In this document: positions 33,950-47,817 of the stretch, piece by piece | Layout of the letters: every line of letters begins with the position of its first letter | Numbering within the stretch: position 1 is the first letter of the stretch | Source: Vairimorpha necatrix | Lineage: Eukaryota | Reading direction: 5' to 3' | Length of the DNA: 64,000 bases | Assembly (NCBI GenBank): GCA_036630325.1 | Contig: CP142729.1 | Span: 186,001-250,000, forward strand | Translations under genes and position numbers: made by a program | Notes under the pieces: model-generated | Database searches by the model: none | What the model saw: the letters and a program-made list of their open reading frames with translations, nothing else | Told to the model about the DNA's origin: nothing

Positions 33950-34505
33950 TTTAATTTAAAAAAAATTTTGCATTTGAAAAAATCTCTTTCCTGTAATGCT
34001 CATATTCATCGTCAATATTATCGTTCTCGCATTCATCATCATTATTATCATCCTCCAATTTGCTTTCAATATAAATAAAAATGCCAAAATTAGAAATATA
34101 ATCATCAATGCTTTTACATTTATATTATCATCCTCGCGTTCAAATTGTATTATCATCTTCGCATTCATCATTTATGTTATCATCCTCGCATTCATCATAA
34201 TCATTCTCATCTTTATAATTCTTTTTATTAGCAGTATTGTCAGATTTTATCAAAATATCATCATGTCTGCAAAATATAAAAAGGATAATAGAATGGATCA
34301 AAGTTTAATTTTCAATCTTTGTTATCATTTTGATCTTATTTCTTTCCAGTTCGACATCTGCTAAGTAACACATATAATTTTCAATTTCTAGATTGGTTTT
34401 AAATCCTAGATAGATCATATACATTGTTTTATTTTTAACTTATAGCATCATAGCATTTTCTTCAAACTTTCCACATAATATTAAACCGATAACAGCAAAA
34501 AACAT
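33950..34505 (-). pseudogene. Decayed paralog of the 40482-41477 family
   Basis: CCCATG; MFFAVIGLILCGKFEENAMML*VKNKTMYMIYLGFKTNLE; acidic DDN/DECE repeats downstream. Confidence 0.65.
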
Positions 34506-36349
34506 GGGTGAAAATTTTTAAACATTATTTGCAAAATGACGCGATTATATTGAGAGTTGGCATTTTAAATAAAAATATTTTTTTACTAATCTATTTGATT
34601 GAATTAACATTTGTTTCATGCATTTTAGAATTTATAACAACGATAGATTCCTTTGATTATTTTTAATTATATTATTCTATTGTTAAAATATTAGTAAACA
34701 CACAAATTATATTCAAACTTATGTTTTTTCAACAAATAAAAATTTAAAAGACGAACAGAAAAAAATTTAAGGACAATTTTAATTCTAAATAGCTATTTCT
34801 AATCTAATATATTATAAATCATACACTTTTTTGTATTTAACAACATCTAAATCTATATTTCAAAAAAAAAAAAAAATACCGAGTACTAAAAATAAAAATT
34901 GACATAGTGAAAGTCAATCACGTTTTATAAATTAGTCGTTTATAGCTCTGTATAATTTTAAGAACGGTAAAATCAAAAAATACAATTAAACGGTAGATTA
35001 CCAAAATGATAACTAAAAACTATGTTTTTATTAATACAAAACACACAAACAGCAGGTATTCAAGTACAGAGGAAAAATAATATACAAGATTATCCTTTTC
35101 TTTTCAGAAAAATTGCACTGATAAATTACAGATATACATCTGATTATAAGAAGGACTATTTTTTAATTCTTAGTGGCGTAAAAAATATATTGCTCGCAGA
35201 AATGTACGTTTTAACCATGTGTTTTTATTACTGCCGCCTATAACATAAGTATATTCTGCTATCATATAAAAATTGCTTATTGTATGCCGTAGTTTTATCA
35301 GGTATTACATAGCCAATGTTGATATTAGCATCGAATACCTAATACTTAACTTTGATATGATGCCAATATGTAATTATCTGTCTTTTTACTAGTACTTTGC
35401 CTAATGAAAACACCTATATAGCTTTAAAATTATTCTCGTTTGATTTAATATTAAAGATGCCGATGATAAATCGTAACATTTTTATAAATAAAGTGGTATT
35501 GAATCAACTCGCACCCAAGTCAATGCAGAAGCGATTGTCTTTTATTTAAATTTATAAAGTAAGAACTTTGTTGTAAGTAGAAGGTTCTTCCTAAATGTTT
35601 CTTAATTTTGAGTTAATAATTCTATAGAAGTAAATTCAATCGGGGTGTGCAATGTATTAGCGCAAAGTTTTACAAAAAAAATATTACTATTTATATATAG
35701 CTTCGTTTGAATTGTAATTTTATTTGACAGCAGAGTGTATTTAAGCCTTATTTTTAAATGAGATGAGTGTGACTTAACGTGAGAAAAAATCTATATATTG
35801 TTGAAGAGCAGAATGGTTGCAGACATTTAAAGCAACAGCATCTGCATAAATAATCAATAATTAAAATAATATTAGCAAGTAAAGATCTTATAAAATATAA
35901 TTATTTAATATGAATGATTTGTAACGCGAAAAAAAGATACAATACTTCAGCTTTGAACAATTAGACGATTAAAAAGTTTGAAAATACAGCGAATCAAAGG
36001 GGGTTTTGCTTAAATACATGACGGGGCCTTAAGTAAATTGTTAAAAATAGATATATGTTAAATGTCAAACTTATTTATTTACTGCGAAAAAGTTCACTAT
36101 CAAGAAATAACTATGATTAACATAAAAAAAGCGCTTTTTACTAAAAAATCCATACCTCGTTTTTTATTGCTAGAATTCATTACTTTTATTTGCTTTATAT
36201 TTATTTTTTAGTCTTTAATTAATCAGATGTTTAGATCATGGGCATTATAAGACATATTTTTGTCGTATAATACCATTAAAAATATTTTTTATATATCCAC
36301 AAGAAAATATGAAATAGAACTTCATGATTATAACAAATTTTGTCATTAG

Positions 36350-37130
36350 AAGCTCTGAGATAGTAAATAAAAGATTTTAAGAAAAAAAAAACTTATTATT
36401 TCCTTGTTTTAATTGTATTATTGCCATGAATATATGTCGACTGGAGTTACAGAAGATGCAATTGACAGAACTTGGGTGTGTTAAAGAATTTTAAACACAT
36501 ATCAATGCACTAATTCTTTCTTTAAACAATTTTAAATTGAGTCTATCTGACGTCTAAACAGTTATAATTATGTGGTTGAAAAACAAAAATATAATGTCAG
36601 ATCTGAATAATTATGGAATCAATTGAAAACCGTCTCAAAAATATACCTAAATTACGTATTTAGTTTCAGAATACTTATTAAATGACCTTATTTTGTTAGA
36701 ACTAACGGAATTTATATGCCTAGGGGGGGAGTTTGCTTATTTCCACAAGCAAAAAAATCATCTTGATAAGGTTTCAAATCATCAATTATTGGTATTCTGT
36801 ATTGTCTATGAGACTTTATACCACCAAAAGGATTTATGGGGGTGTAACTAATAGACCTGCTGAAACTCTGTTACATCTTATAAAAGCTATTTGTAAAGAG
36901 AGGACTATTTTATACTGCGACAATGGGCTGCTTACAAAAGTTCGGAAAATATTAGGCGGTGAACATCACACAGAAAATCATTTTCTTAATTTTGCGAATC
37001 CCAACACAAGAGTTTATACTAAACATGTGTAATCATACTGGCTAAGCAAAAATATCACAAAAAAAATGAAAGGTATAAAAAAAAAGATTACTGCAATATT
37101 ATCTTGTAGAAGTATGTTTAAAGCTAAATT
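36350..37130 (+). mobile_element. Decayed Merlin transposase remnant
   Basis: VTNRPAETLLHLIKAICKERTILYCD...HHTENHFLNFANPNTRVYTKHV*SYW. Boundaries approximate. Confidence 0.7.
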
Positions 37131-38259
37131 TGACGAGCTCTATAATTATAATCTAGGGTATTGTCTGTTTTTGAATAAATATCTTGATTTTATTAGTTTT
37201 TACCTCGGTCTGCGAAATCTTTATTTTTTTTTATATATGTCGTATAATATCCATATATAAATTCTTTTTATGCGCCAATATTTTTAGTTTTTTTGAGTTT
37301 TGATTAATAAAACAGTTTAGGTTCTTCATTTATATTCGTTGCTTTAACATTGACCGAACACGAAGATTCCTAGGATATTATCACAGTATCTGAATCTTTG
37401 CTTTCTCTTGTTGATCCTCTTAATTATTATATTTATCTTCTTTTATGCATTTATAATCTGCTAAATAAAAATTGTATATTCTCATTATAAATGTTGGGAA
37501 GTATTATTCGCATACTCGATTTATTTTTTCTCTTAATTCATACTTAATTTTTAAGAGACGACTTAAATTTTACATTAAATTTAGCAGTTTTATAATTTAT
37601 CTAGTACTATTAATCTTTAGTGTATATTATGTATACATAGAAGTAAATTTAAGTTTGATAACTTGCAGGTGGTTTTGAAAATTTTATACTAAAAAAAAAT
37701 TTGCCTTTCATATCATTACAATATGGATGTAAGTCTTTACTGAATTTTCAATCTATCTTCTGGTTGAGAAAGTGTGTATATTGGGCTGTTGATAGCATCA
37801 TAATTCAATGTTTTTTTCTTATTTATCAATTTGATTGAGCCCTTTTTGCATGACTATTATATTACACATATAACATCATGTTTTAAGTTCTTCTACAAAC
37901 CCTATATATATTGTATAATTCTCTTTATTTTTAATTCAAACCATAATTGTATCGTTTGTGATCGATATTTCAAATAGAAAAAAGTTAACACCAAAATACA
38001 TAGGCTTATTATAAAAAGAAATTTATATGAAATCATTAGGTGTATATCAAGTAAAAAAATTATTGATGATGATTTAATATATTTATGATTCATGCTGTCG
38101 ATGATGAGCACTTTAAAACAAATTCTCTCGGAAACTTAAACACAATTTTTTTAGGAGAACAAGCGAAAAAAAAGTTATGTAAAAATTAGTGAATTAAACT
38201 TTTTTAGCTAATAAATTTGCAAAAAAATACATTTATATTTGTATTACTTGAAAAATTTT

Positions 38260-38530
38260 CCTATGTATTAACATAGGACGGCGTAGTTACAAAATATTAT
38301 GGAATGCACTGAAGAAGGCTTCATATAACAATATTCGTGAGGAGTATATTCAATCAGTGTTCCGAAAAAGACTCTTAAAAGTATCTCTTTGAAAAATAGG
38401 CAAACAGAAGATCTTGGAAGTGATGAAGAAAGACGAGAGATGGAGAATATAATCATCTCTACTTACAAAGAGAGACACATGAAAACTGAAATAAGACATA
38501 AGAAGAGAAATAATGCTTCATTATAGAAAA
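38260..38530 (+). mobile_element. Short 3' fragment of the RLE non-LTR family
   Basis: PYVLT*DGVVTKYY..., nucleotide similarity to 24410-24655 and 46080-46345. Confidence 0.75.
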
Positions 38531-40481
38531 ATTTAGCAACTTAAAAATAAACCCATTTAATTTTTTATAATTTTTCTTTATTAGAAATCAAATAGTGGTT
38601 AACAAAGAGAAAATTAGACCAATAGTTGCAAAGGAGTTAGTTTATGTATAAACAAAGATTAATAACATTAATGTGAAAGTTGCTTATGTTGTGTAATAAT
38701 TTAAAGTAAACCTAGAGTCACTACCATTCAGTTGGTCGTAGAGTTTATGTATTGTGATTAAAGTATCGTAAATTATTACTTGCATGTAATTTTTCCCTTG
38801 TTTCTTACAAAACTAAAGAATTAATAAAAAATTAGCTATGTTTTCTATATTTATAATGAGAAGTTTATACTTGTTTAACATTCATAAGATGTATAAATTA
38901 TGTAAAACAATACTAAAAAAATAAGTAAATAAAAATCTAGAAACAAAAATAAACAGCAAAGAACCTAAAGATTTAATTTTGGTAAGATTATTTCGAAAAA
39001 ATTTTTAATGTTTATTGTATCATATAGATATAGTGAAATAATCAATCTTTGGCTGTAAAAGTATAATTATTTAGCTCGGCTTTGCTTTTTATCTGATTGA
39101 CCTACTAAATGATCTAGAAAAAAATTGTATATAAACATTGAGCGAGTAAAATTCAATTGGTCAATATTTGTCACATATTATGTGTAAAGTGTTTTATACT
39201 TTGATAAATGTTTAAAAATTCCTTAAACTTTTAAGCGTTGATAAATTCTAAGCTTTTTGACAACTCCTTGACTTTAAAACGTTAAAGATTTTAATTAAAA
39301 TATAAATCAAGAAATCAGATCTGTCCTCGTTAGACGCATTTGTTAGGACTTGAATAAGGCCTTGACAAGAAATGCATTCAAATTTTATGGATACAAATCT
39401 CCCATACACATTGTTTTAATTCTTCTATATAAAACATTGTCAGCCGCAGCGAATAAATTGTCAAATCCACGAAAGTGCATATTGCAGTACAAAACAAGCG
39501 AAACTTTTGTTACTTCTTTCATATTTTAGATAATGTTAAGATTAATTTAGAGAAAAATATGGCATAGAAATGAAACAAAATGTACAGTTATATATGTTTC
39601 GCCATAATATACTGATACTATTGTTGTTAGACAAATTTATATTTATACAATAGAATTAAAAATTAAACAAACAGTAATAAATGAAAATAATTCTAAATTT
39701 GTCAATTTGAGCAGTTTTATATTAATAACTTAGATATTAATTTATAATATAACCTTCTGCAAACGATCATAGTAATTGAAATTCTAGTAGTTTATTATTT
39801 GTCTTTTTTTTTGAAAACGGTTGAATAGTTGGTGCTAAGCTAACTGTGAGATTGATTTATATCCTGCAATATTTTAATATGATGTGAAAATAGTTAAGTA
39901 AAATAAAATTTTTTGTTATCTAAAGTGTCACAATATCATCATCGTTTTTTTACATCCATTCTTGTTAATTTTTGCACTAAATATTTTATTCATAGTAAAC
40001 ATTAAGACGAAAGTACAAAAATAATAATAAGGAATCATGAATTATCATTTTATGCCAAACGATAGTTTCTATATTATGGTTTAAATTTTATTTCATCTCC
40101 TTAATTGCGATTGTTACAGTCTAAATTTAACGAGCCATGTCATAAAAATACAAGATTTATATTTTTATTATTTTAATCTCATTTGATAATACTAGATGGC
40201 TTAAATTACTTATTGGGTTGTAATGTCTATTTAAAATGAAAATTATACAATTAGATACTTATAATTTTTGAAGTAATGAATTAGATTACATGGCAAAAAA
40301 ACCAAAAAAATATGCGGAAAACTCCAAAAAGCATCTTTCAACTTTATGCTTCATAATGGAAATTAACACGTAAAAAATTGCAGAACACAATAATTGAAAA
40401 ATTAAAAGATTATATTTTAAAAAGTAGTTAAAGCAAAATATACATAATAAACAGCAAACATTCAAAAAAAAAATTTATTGA

Positions 40482-41477
40482 TTAGCTCGAAAGTTTTTTG
40501 ACTATCCAATATATAATGCACGTTGAAATGCCAATAACAATGATCGCTTCTGTGTATGTTGGATCATTAATTTTATTATCATCATCATTTCCTCCCTTTT
40601 TTTCTTGATACTTATCTGATTGCTGCGAAGAATCATAATCATCATTTTCGCTAGAATCTTTTATTGAATAAAAATCATCATTTTCGCTCGAATCTATTGG
40701 AGAACAAAAATCTTTAGAATCCCAGGAATCTCTTAAATTATTGGAATCTTCAATATTGCTATAATCCTGTGTTGAATGGAAATCTTCAAGATCCCAGGAA
40801 TCACTTAAATTATTTAAAGCATCAAAATTATTCAATTTTTTCGGGTTATATGAATTTTTGTTTTCAGTATTATCTTTCTTATACATGCCTTCTATTCCAA
40901 CGATTTCTTTTGTTTTGTCCAAATCTTTAGTTTCTGGAAATTTATCATTAAGATTTAATTTAAGCATTTTGTTTTCGTTTGTGAAATGATTTTTATCTAT
41001 AAACTTAATTCTTAAGGGATTTTTTATATCGTTTAATGTTAATGTTTTAGTGCGCAACTTTTTTATATTATCTTCTTTGTTTGTCAATAATTCTATTGAA
41101 ATATAATAATTTTTAGTGTAATCTAATTCTAAATTCGCTTTTAAAAAAAATTTATACATAAAAAATTCTTTTTTTCCATCATCGTCATTTTTAAAAGCTT
41201 CATATATAGATTTTATTTCTGTATGATCTAATTTGCGAAAGATAAGATTAGTTTTTATAAAGAGACCATTACTCAAATTTTCTAGGTTGGTGACCCTACA
41301 AATTCCCGAAGTATCCTTTTGATTGCTTTCTATTATATTGGACACATAGTATTTAGTTTCTAGATCATGTGTAAGTCCCAGATAAATTGTAAAATCAGAT
41401 TCATTTTCAATTGGCACTAATATGGCCTCTTTATTAGCTACTATTTTGGATATTAAAACGATAACTATTAAAAACAT
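40482..41477 (-). CDS. Type I membrane/secreted protein, intact member of a local gene family
   Basis: CCCCATG at 41477; signal peptide, acidic S/D repeats, C-terminal TM (AIIVIGISTCIIYWIV-KK). Confidence 0.85.
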   Translation of the reverse strand: MFLIVIVLISKIVANKEAILVPIENESDFTIYLGLTHDLETKYYVSNIIESNQKDTSGICRVTNLENLSNGLFIKTNLIFRKLDHTEIKSIYEAFKNDDDGKKEFFMYKFFLKANLELDYTKNYYISIELLTNKEDNIKKLRTKTLTLNDIKNPLRIKFIDKNHFTNENKMLKLNLNDKFPETKDLDKTKEIVGIEGMYKKDNTENKNSYNPKKLNNFDALNNLSDSWDLEDFHSTQDYSNIEDSNNLRDSWDSKDFCSPIDSSENDDFYSIKDSSENDDYDSSQQSDKYQEKKGGNDDDNKINDPTYTEAIIVIGISTCIIYWIVKKLSS

Positions 41478-43199
41478 GGGGTTATATATTAACTGAAATT
41501 TATATAAAAAAAACACATCAATTTATTGATAGATGACACGTCACAATAATTTTAATAAATTACTGATTTATGGATTGAACACTAATTTCTAATAAAACTG
41601 TTGTTATTCTAATTATATTGTGAATGTTACATTCTTATTTTATGTAAAAATATATGAACACATATTAAACACACAGAAAAATATTTAAGCATGGACTTAC
41701 ATCATATATAATCGCACATCGAAGAAAAAATAATTAGATAAATAATACAAGTAATCATGATAAATGTATTTTTTTCAAAAATAATAGAATGTCAAACCAC
41801 TAAAAGTTGAGATAATGAAGAATAAAAAAATCATTATTAAAAACAAAAAAAGCCCCTTAAATTGAGTATAGTACGTCTTCGTTTTTCAATATATGCTATG
41901 ACATAAATTTATACTGCGAGTCAGCACATTGCGTATTTACGTACTTAGATTAATTTAGAAGTATTATATGAGAATTATTACGTGTCAAGAGTTGTAATAT
42001 AATCAGTTGTTAAATGTATTGTTTATGTCTAAAGCATTATAAGACTTATGCTTAAATAAGTTACAAGGCAAAGTTGTCTATAATTGAGGCTCACAAAAGT
42101 AATAAAAGAGCGTTAAAAGATATTTAATTTTTACATCTATTTAAATTAAATTTTGATGTAAAATTATATTATAAATAATTTTTCACTTTATTTAAAACTT
42201 GCAAATTGCTCTAAAATTATAAGTTATAATTTTTTTATACAAAATTAAGCACCTGGTACAACATATTCTTATAGATACGTTAAATATTTAAATTGCTTTA
42301 TATTCTTGCTATCCAGAATAGTATTCAGATGTGAACAATAACGTACAATCGAAGTGGTGTGAATACAAACAATTAATAGGCGCGAACTAGATCAAAATTA
42401 TTGATATTTTTATACTAGTATGACAACATTTAAATTTTCTTTCTTGCAATTGTATATACTTTCTTGTAAAATATATTTTTAGACTGCGGAAAGTGCTTTT
42501 TTCTTCTGTAATGCTAAATGCTGTTGTTTATGAGAAGTCGACTTTTTTGTGGATTATGGATCAAAAAAGACTCAAAATTAGATAAAGGTTATTTTTATGT
42601 ATAGAAGAATTTAAGAGATTTATACTATTTGAAATGTTTACATGAATCATTAAGATAGGATAAAGAGTTTTTTATGTTCGGTATTAAGAATAAAATATCA
42701 AATAATAAAAAAATTTATATTACTTAAGTTCATAATGAACATCAATAACATAACAATTAAACAATCATACTATATACGATTAGAGATTTCGATTTCTAAC
42801 TAAATTTTATACATAAGAGTAAGGTTCTATTAGAAATAAAAAGAGTTAATTTATTTTTTTTCATAGATATGACGTTGTAGAGAAGAAAACATGCATTTTT
42901 GATTTTATTGTAAAATTCAAATATAACGTGTTAGATGATTAAATATAATCCTTTATCTGATAATATAATGCAATATTCATATATATCATGTTTTCTGATA
43001 ACAACTACTAAAGTAATAATCTTTTATATTTTCATAATTTTATCGTCATTTATGTAGTACTAAGCATATTACATAATTTTAGATTTCAAAATGATAAAAT
43101 ATTATGGAAGTTGTGAAAGTTATAAATTTATGTCTAAAAGCTATATTACCTTACATACTAACGCTAAAATGAGCAATTAAATTCTTTTGTGAAAAACAT

Positions 43200-43923
43200 G
43201 CTTTATTATTTTGAAAACATTAAAATTAGTTATAATGTAATCAAGAACATATATAAAAATTTATTTTTACTATTTTTTGTAAAATTAAAATTTGCTTGTT
43301 GTTACGATGGTTTACAAGTTTTACTTTATGATTATGTCATTTTGTTAAATTTACTTTTTTCAATGTATTCCGGATCTGTAACATTTGTAAAAACTAACTC
43401 ATTTTTATGATCTAATGTACATCTTATATTTAAGTAAATAAAATCATTTTCTTTATCGACTTCTGTATTTTTAATAGCAAAGTTTTATTTTTTAAAATAT
43501 CATGTACGATCTTTATATCTTATCAATTATTTGATTATTTTTAGATAATATTATTGGTATATTGTACATTTTAGTATCATTAAAATAAAATATTCTTTAA
43601 AATTTTTTATGCCATAAAAATTCTTTTTTTTCTCTTATTCTTGTTCTTTGAATGAGCATTATATAAAGATTCTTTAAAGTATCGCCATCTTACAAAATTG
43701 AATTTAGTATCATGAAAGGTTCATGCTTCAATTTATTTTGTTTTGATAACAATATTTTCTTGACTTTTCATTTTTTTTTAAAAAAAATGCTTTAAAATAT
43801 CCAGTTTTTGATATATGATTTAATCCTAAATGTATAGTATAGTAATATATTTTTTCTGCAAATATAATGGGATTTTCTCAGGATGGTATTTAAAATATAA
43901 AATCAATGAGTATGAATAACATG
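43200..43923 (-). pseudogene. Decayed secreted-protein-like gene
   Basis: TACCCCCATG start (MLFILIDFIF*) followed by broken coding-like frames. 3' boundary approximate. Confidence 0.35.
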
Positions 43924-44849
43924 GGGGTATTTGTATTTGAAAATTAATATAAAAATGTTGAAGACTTAACGACTTTAATAATGTTTATTTTATTATTGTT
44001 GCTATTTATGATTTTTTTACTTTCGCTTTATTATTGCAGTTTAATATTTTTACTTCTTTAGAAGTATTATCTACGTTTTAAAAACTTGATAACGTAATAT
44101 CTGGAGTTTTTTGACATTACAATCAGTTTTTTAGTGTATTTTATAGATATTTTTTGAAGCTTTTTATGAGAATTTCAGAAATTTACTATTAAATCATGAG
44201 TTTTTATCTGTTAACTTATAATTTAGATCAACAAAGAACAAAGAAATTTTAATGTTGATCTGCAACAAACAGAAACATTCAACTATAGTAATCAAGACTA
44301 GCAAGGTGTATTGATAGTAGGTGCACTAAAAGAAATAATTTAAGGCACGGAACAGCATTAATATAACAAAAACACTATAAATCCATTGTGTTTATTTTTT
44401 TGCGAAAATATAATCTGGTTCTCATATAAATATTGATTAATTAGTTATAATAGTTTATGGGTTTGTTTGTCTGTATTTTATGAAGAATTTTAAATGCAAG
44501 ATATTAGTTTAATACATTATTTGAATTTCATATAAATAATAGATTGAATGAATTCATAATGATGTCGCCATAATGATAATTTTTTTTTGAGGGATGATAT
44601 TGACAAAAACTTTTTTATATAGCTGTGTATTGACAAATTTAGCTGATTGTGAGTAATTATTTAGACACGACCTCTGCTATAAATATACGAAATTTAATTA
44701 AGTAATCTAATAATTTAAATACATAGTCTCAACTCGCAAAGAAAAAGTGTCATATAATACAATTAACATAGAACTTGTTTGATTTGTTATGATAAAAAAT
44801 GCATTGTTAGCAAGATATATACGTTAAGAAACAATATAGTTTGTGCGTA

Positions 44850-45450
44850 AATAATTTTAGATTTAAAATCAAAGACATGAATCTTTTGCATGGTTTGCAT
44901 TGTATACGGTTATAAATCATTTATAATATTTTTAATGATAAGGTTTCTATTTTACTGTTATATTCCTCTATACACAACTTTATTCAGCTGTTATTTTTCT
45001 ACATAGTGCAATTAAGCTAGCCATTATTCAATATACAGCATCACTTTTTGTATCCTTCTTTTTGATTTATAAGATATATTCTGATTTCTTTTTTTTGAAG
45101 AGTATAACAGATTTTACTTGAGGAAACTATGGTTTTCTAAATTTTTTATGAAATTTTTGTAATATTTTGTTATAATCCAAACATGTTAACTTACGGAATA
45201 GTTATTTTCTGCATCACACCCAAATTATTTGCAAGAGATTATGATAATAAACTTTTTCTCGGCATAGTGAGTCGATCGTAATTGGTTTTCATCTCTCACT
45301 ATTATTACAGGGGTTTGCATTTTTATAGCCACTTTTTTAAAAAAAAACATTTTTTATACCTAGAAATGAGAAAGCAGTCACACAGGACTGCAAATTTTTA
45401 TCATTAAAAAGAAGTTTCAGGATAAATAAGAGAAGTGGGCATTTCTTATG
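44850..45450 (-). mobile_element. Possible heavily decayed rve integrase remnant
   Basis: Scattered fragments (C..DC, QTP, FPQ, LNKVVY..YN) in integrase order. Confidence 0.3.
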
Positions 45451-45934
45451 CTTTTTTCCTCCATATTTACAACAGCTTAGTAATATTGGAGAATTTTTTA
45501 TATTAAAATTTAGATTTTGTGCAAGAAAATAAAATAATACAGTAGAAACGAATTTTGAACAAGTTCTAAAACTGATTTTAGCTTATCGTGTAATTGATTC
45601 TACACTATTATAGTATGGTGTTTTAAATTGTAAGGCGAAACATAAATTTATCTAAGTCAATGAGATTGTATATTATTTTACACATATTTCTATTGATGTT
45701 TCGTGATATATCAAATTCTATTTTTTAATATATTTTAAAAAAAATTGACTATAAAAATTCAACCCCTGTAGTATTTTTTCTTTACTCTTGTCAAATACAA
45801 GAATATCAAACTTATGGTGGTTGGCTACATTTTTTAATTTTCTTTATTGTGATATTTCAGATCAATACTTTTCTACAGTCTCTTGTACTTAGAACTAAGT
45901 GCTTCCTTGTTTTTTTGATCTTACATTTACATAT

Positions 45935-46350
45935 AACAGAGATAAATACATTTAATTGCCTTGTTGATCGGTGTCATCTCAATTGATAATCTCAAGCAGG
46001 TGGAAAGTCAGAAGTTAGAAAGTAGATGTTCTTGCCAATGAAATATTACTGATGCATGACTTTAAATGTAATATTCTTCTGTATGTATTAACATGGGACT
46101 GCGTGGTTACCAAATACCATGAAATGCACCGAAGAAGGCTTAAATTAACATTCGCCCAGTTGTATATCCAATTTCTGTTGCTGAAAAAGACCCGTGAAAA
46201 TTTCTTTACAGAATATAGATGATCAGGAGATCCAGTAAGTGATGGGGAAAGACGGGAGACGGAAATTTAATCATCTCTACCTACAAAGAGATGCAATTTA
46301 AGATTTAAATAGGGACATAAGAAGAGAAAAGATGCTTCATTAAATAAAAA
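45935..46350 (+). mobile_element. 5'-truncated RLE non-LTR retrotransposon copy
   Basis: IGVISIDNLKQVESQKL..LANEILLM..LYVLTWDCVVTKYH..LKKT; ends GCTTCATTAAATAAAAA. Confidence 0.78.
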
Positions 46351-46710
46351 TTTACACTGCATTGTTGGATCTTTTCATACAATAAAATCCCAAATTTGAT
46401 CTCATTTATCACTAATGAGTCTACAATTTTTCTACGAGACTTTTATGAGTAAGTTATTTCTCTTCTAAAATTTTACTTTTTTAGCTGTAGAAAAGTTTAA
46501 ATTGTTTCGGTCCTAATGTGAGTGTTTTCTCAGATTAGCAAAATAAAATATATATTGATGCTTATAAATCATTTCCCTCCTAATAACAAATTTATTTTGT
46601 TTGTTCTGAAATATGTTAAATTTTAATGTTTCTTATTAATTTATATTGGCTTCTTATAGTTTATGTCAACAAGATACATATCTACTCATTAGTAATTCTT
46701 TTTTATCTTC

Positions 46711-47058
46711 TTGTCATGTATCCAGGGGACATGGCACTTTATATAATAAAACTCTAAATAGTTTTTAATGTAATTAGTTTTATTATGTTTTTTATAATCT
46801 TTATTGTTATTATTTAATGAGTCTCTTTTGATCATTTCCGCGTACCCTTCTCTGCAAGTTTTCTTTTATATTTTATTTTTAATTTATTATTCTTTTTCAA
46901 CACTAAACACAAACATTGGCGTACCTACGAATATAGAAACGACCATGCAACTTTCGTTTGAAGAGTTGAATGTGTGACTGTTCTTGACAGGCCACCTGAG
47001 ACGTTCACCGGCCGATAGTTTTGACGGCTGATTATGTGGTGTAGTGATGTACATCACA
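46711..47058. repeat. Dispersed repeat of unknown class, copy 2
   Basis: Colinear with 33486-33855, same orientation. Confidence 0.85.
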
Positions 47059-47178
47059 CTTCTTAATGCTATTTTTGCTCATTATTTCCATTTTAGTATC
47101 ACTTTTCGTATTTTTAATATATTTTACAACTCATCAAAAAAGAAACTTTTTAGAATTAAAAAAATATTTTTTACCCCC

Positions 47179-47817
47179 ATGTATCTTCCATTAATGCTTA
47201 ATATTTTAGAAATTGATGGGGAAACGCTTCAAATACTCTTATCATTAAAACATAACAATGTATGTAATCTAACTATACCTCTTGATGTTAATGAATCAGA
47301 TGTAGGATGTTACGTTTATATATTAAGAGAAGTACCAAATATTTTGAATACTAGTAATCATTTAAATTATAAAAAAATGGAATCATATACATTTTCGTAT
47401 TTTAAATATAGTTGGTCTGGTCACTACATAACCAATGAATTTAGTAAATCTTTTCTAGATTAAGAAGAATCTTTTTCATGCAAAAAAAGATATGTTGACG
47501 ATAAAATTTTTATTGAAAATAATATTGTCTTTGATTCCACAAAAAACTATTATATAGTGGGAATGTATTCTAATGATTATAAAACAATAACATATTTATA
47601 TAGAACATCAGAAATATCATTCGACAAAAAAATACCAATTTATGACGTGAATTATGATTACATTATACCACAAGATTCAAGGAATAAAATACGAATTCCC
47701 GAGTTCCATTATCCTTTTCTAATACAACCTCATAAGATACAGGAGGTTCAAAAAAAATTCGAAGCAAATAATATCAATTTTTCAAGGAAAATTATATTAA
47801 ATAATAAAAAGTTTTAA
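47179..47817 (+). pseudogene. Hypothetical protein with one in-frame TAA (47461-47463)
   Basis: CCCCCATG at 47179. ORFs 47044-47463 and 47557-47817 are in the same frame and the interval between them is open. Confidence 0.7.

Noticed and set aside
33996-34364. 122-aa hydrophobic ORF
   Set aside because: Antisense shadow of the D/N/E-rich repeat of the minus-strand pseudogene.
39280-39520. Mutator-like transposase remnant (YCNMHF)
   Set aside because: One short motif, no TIRs.
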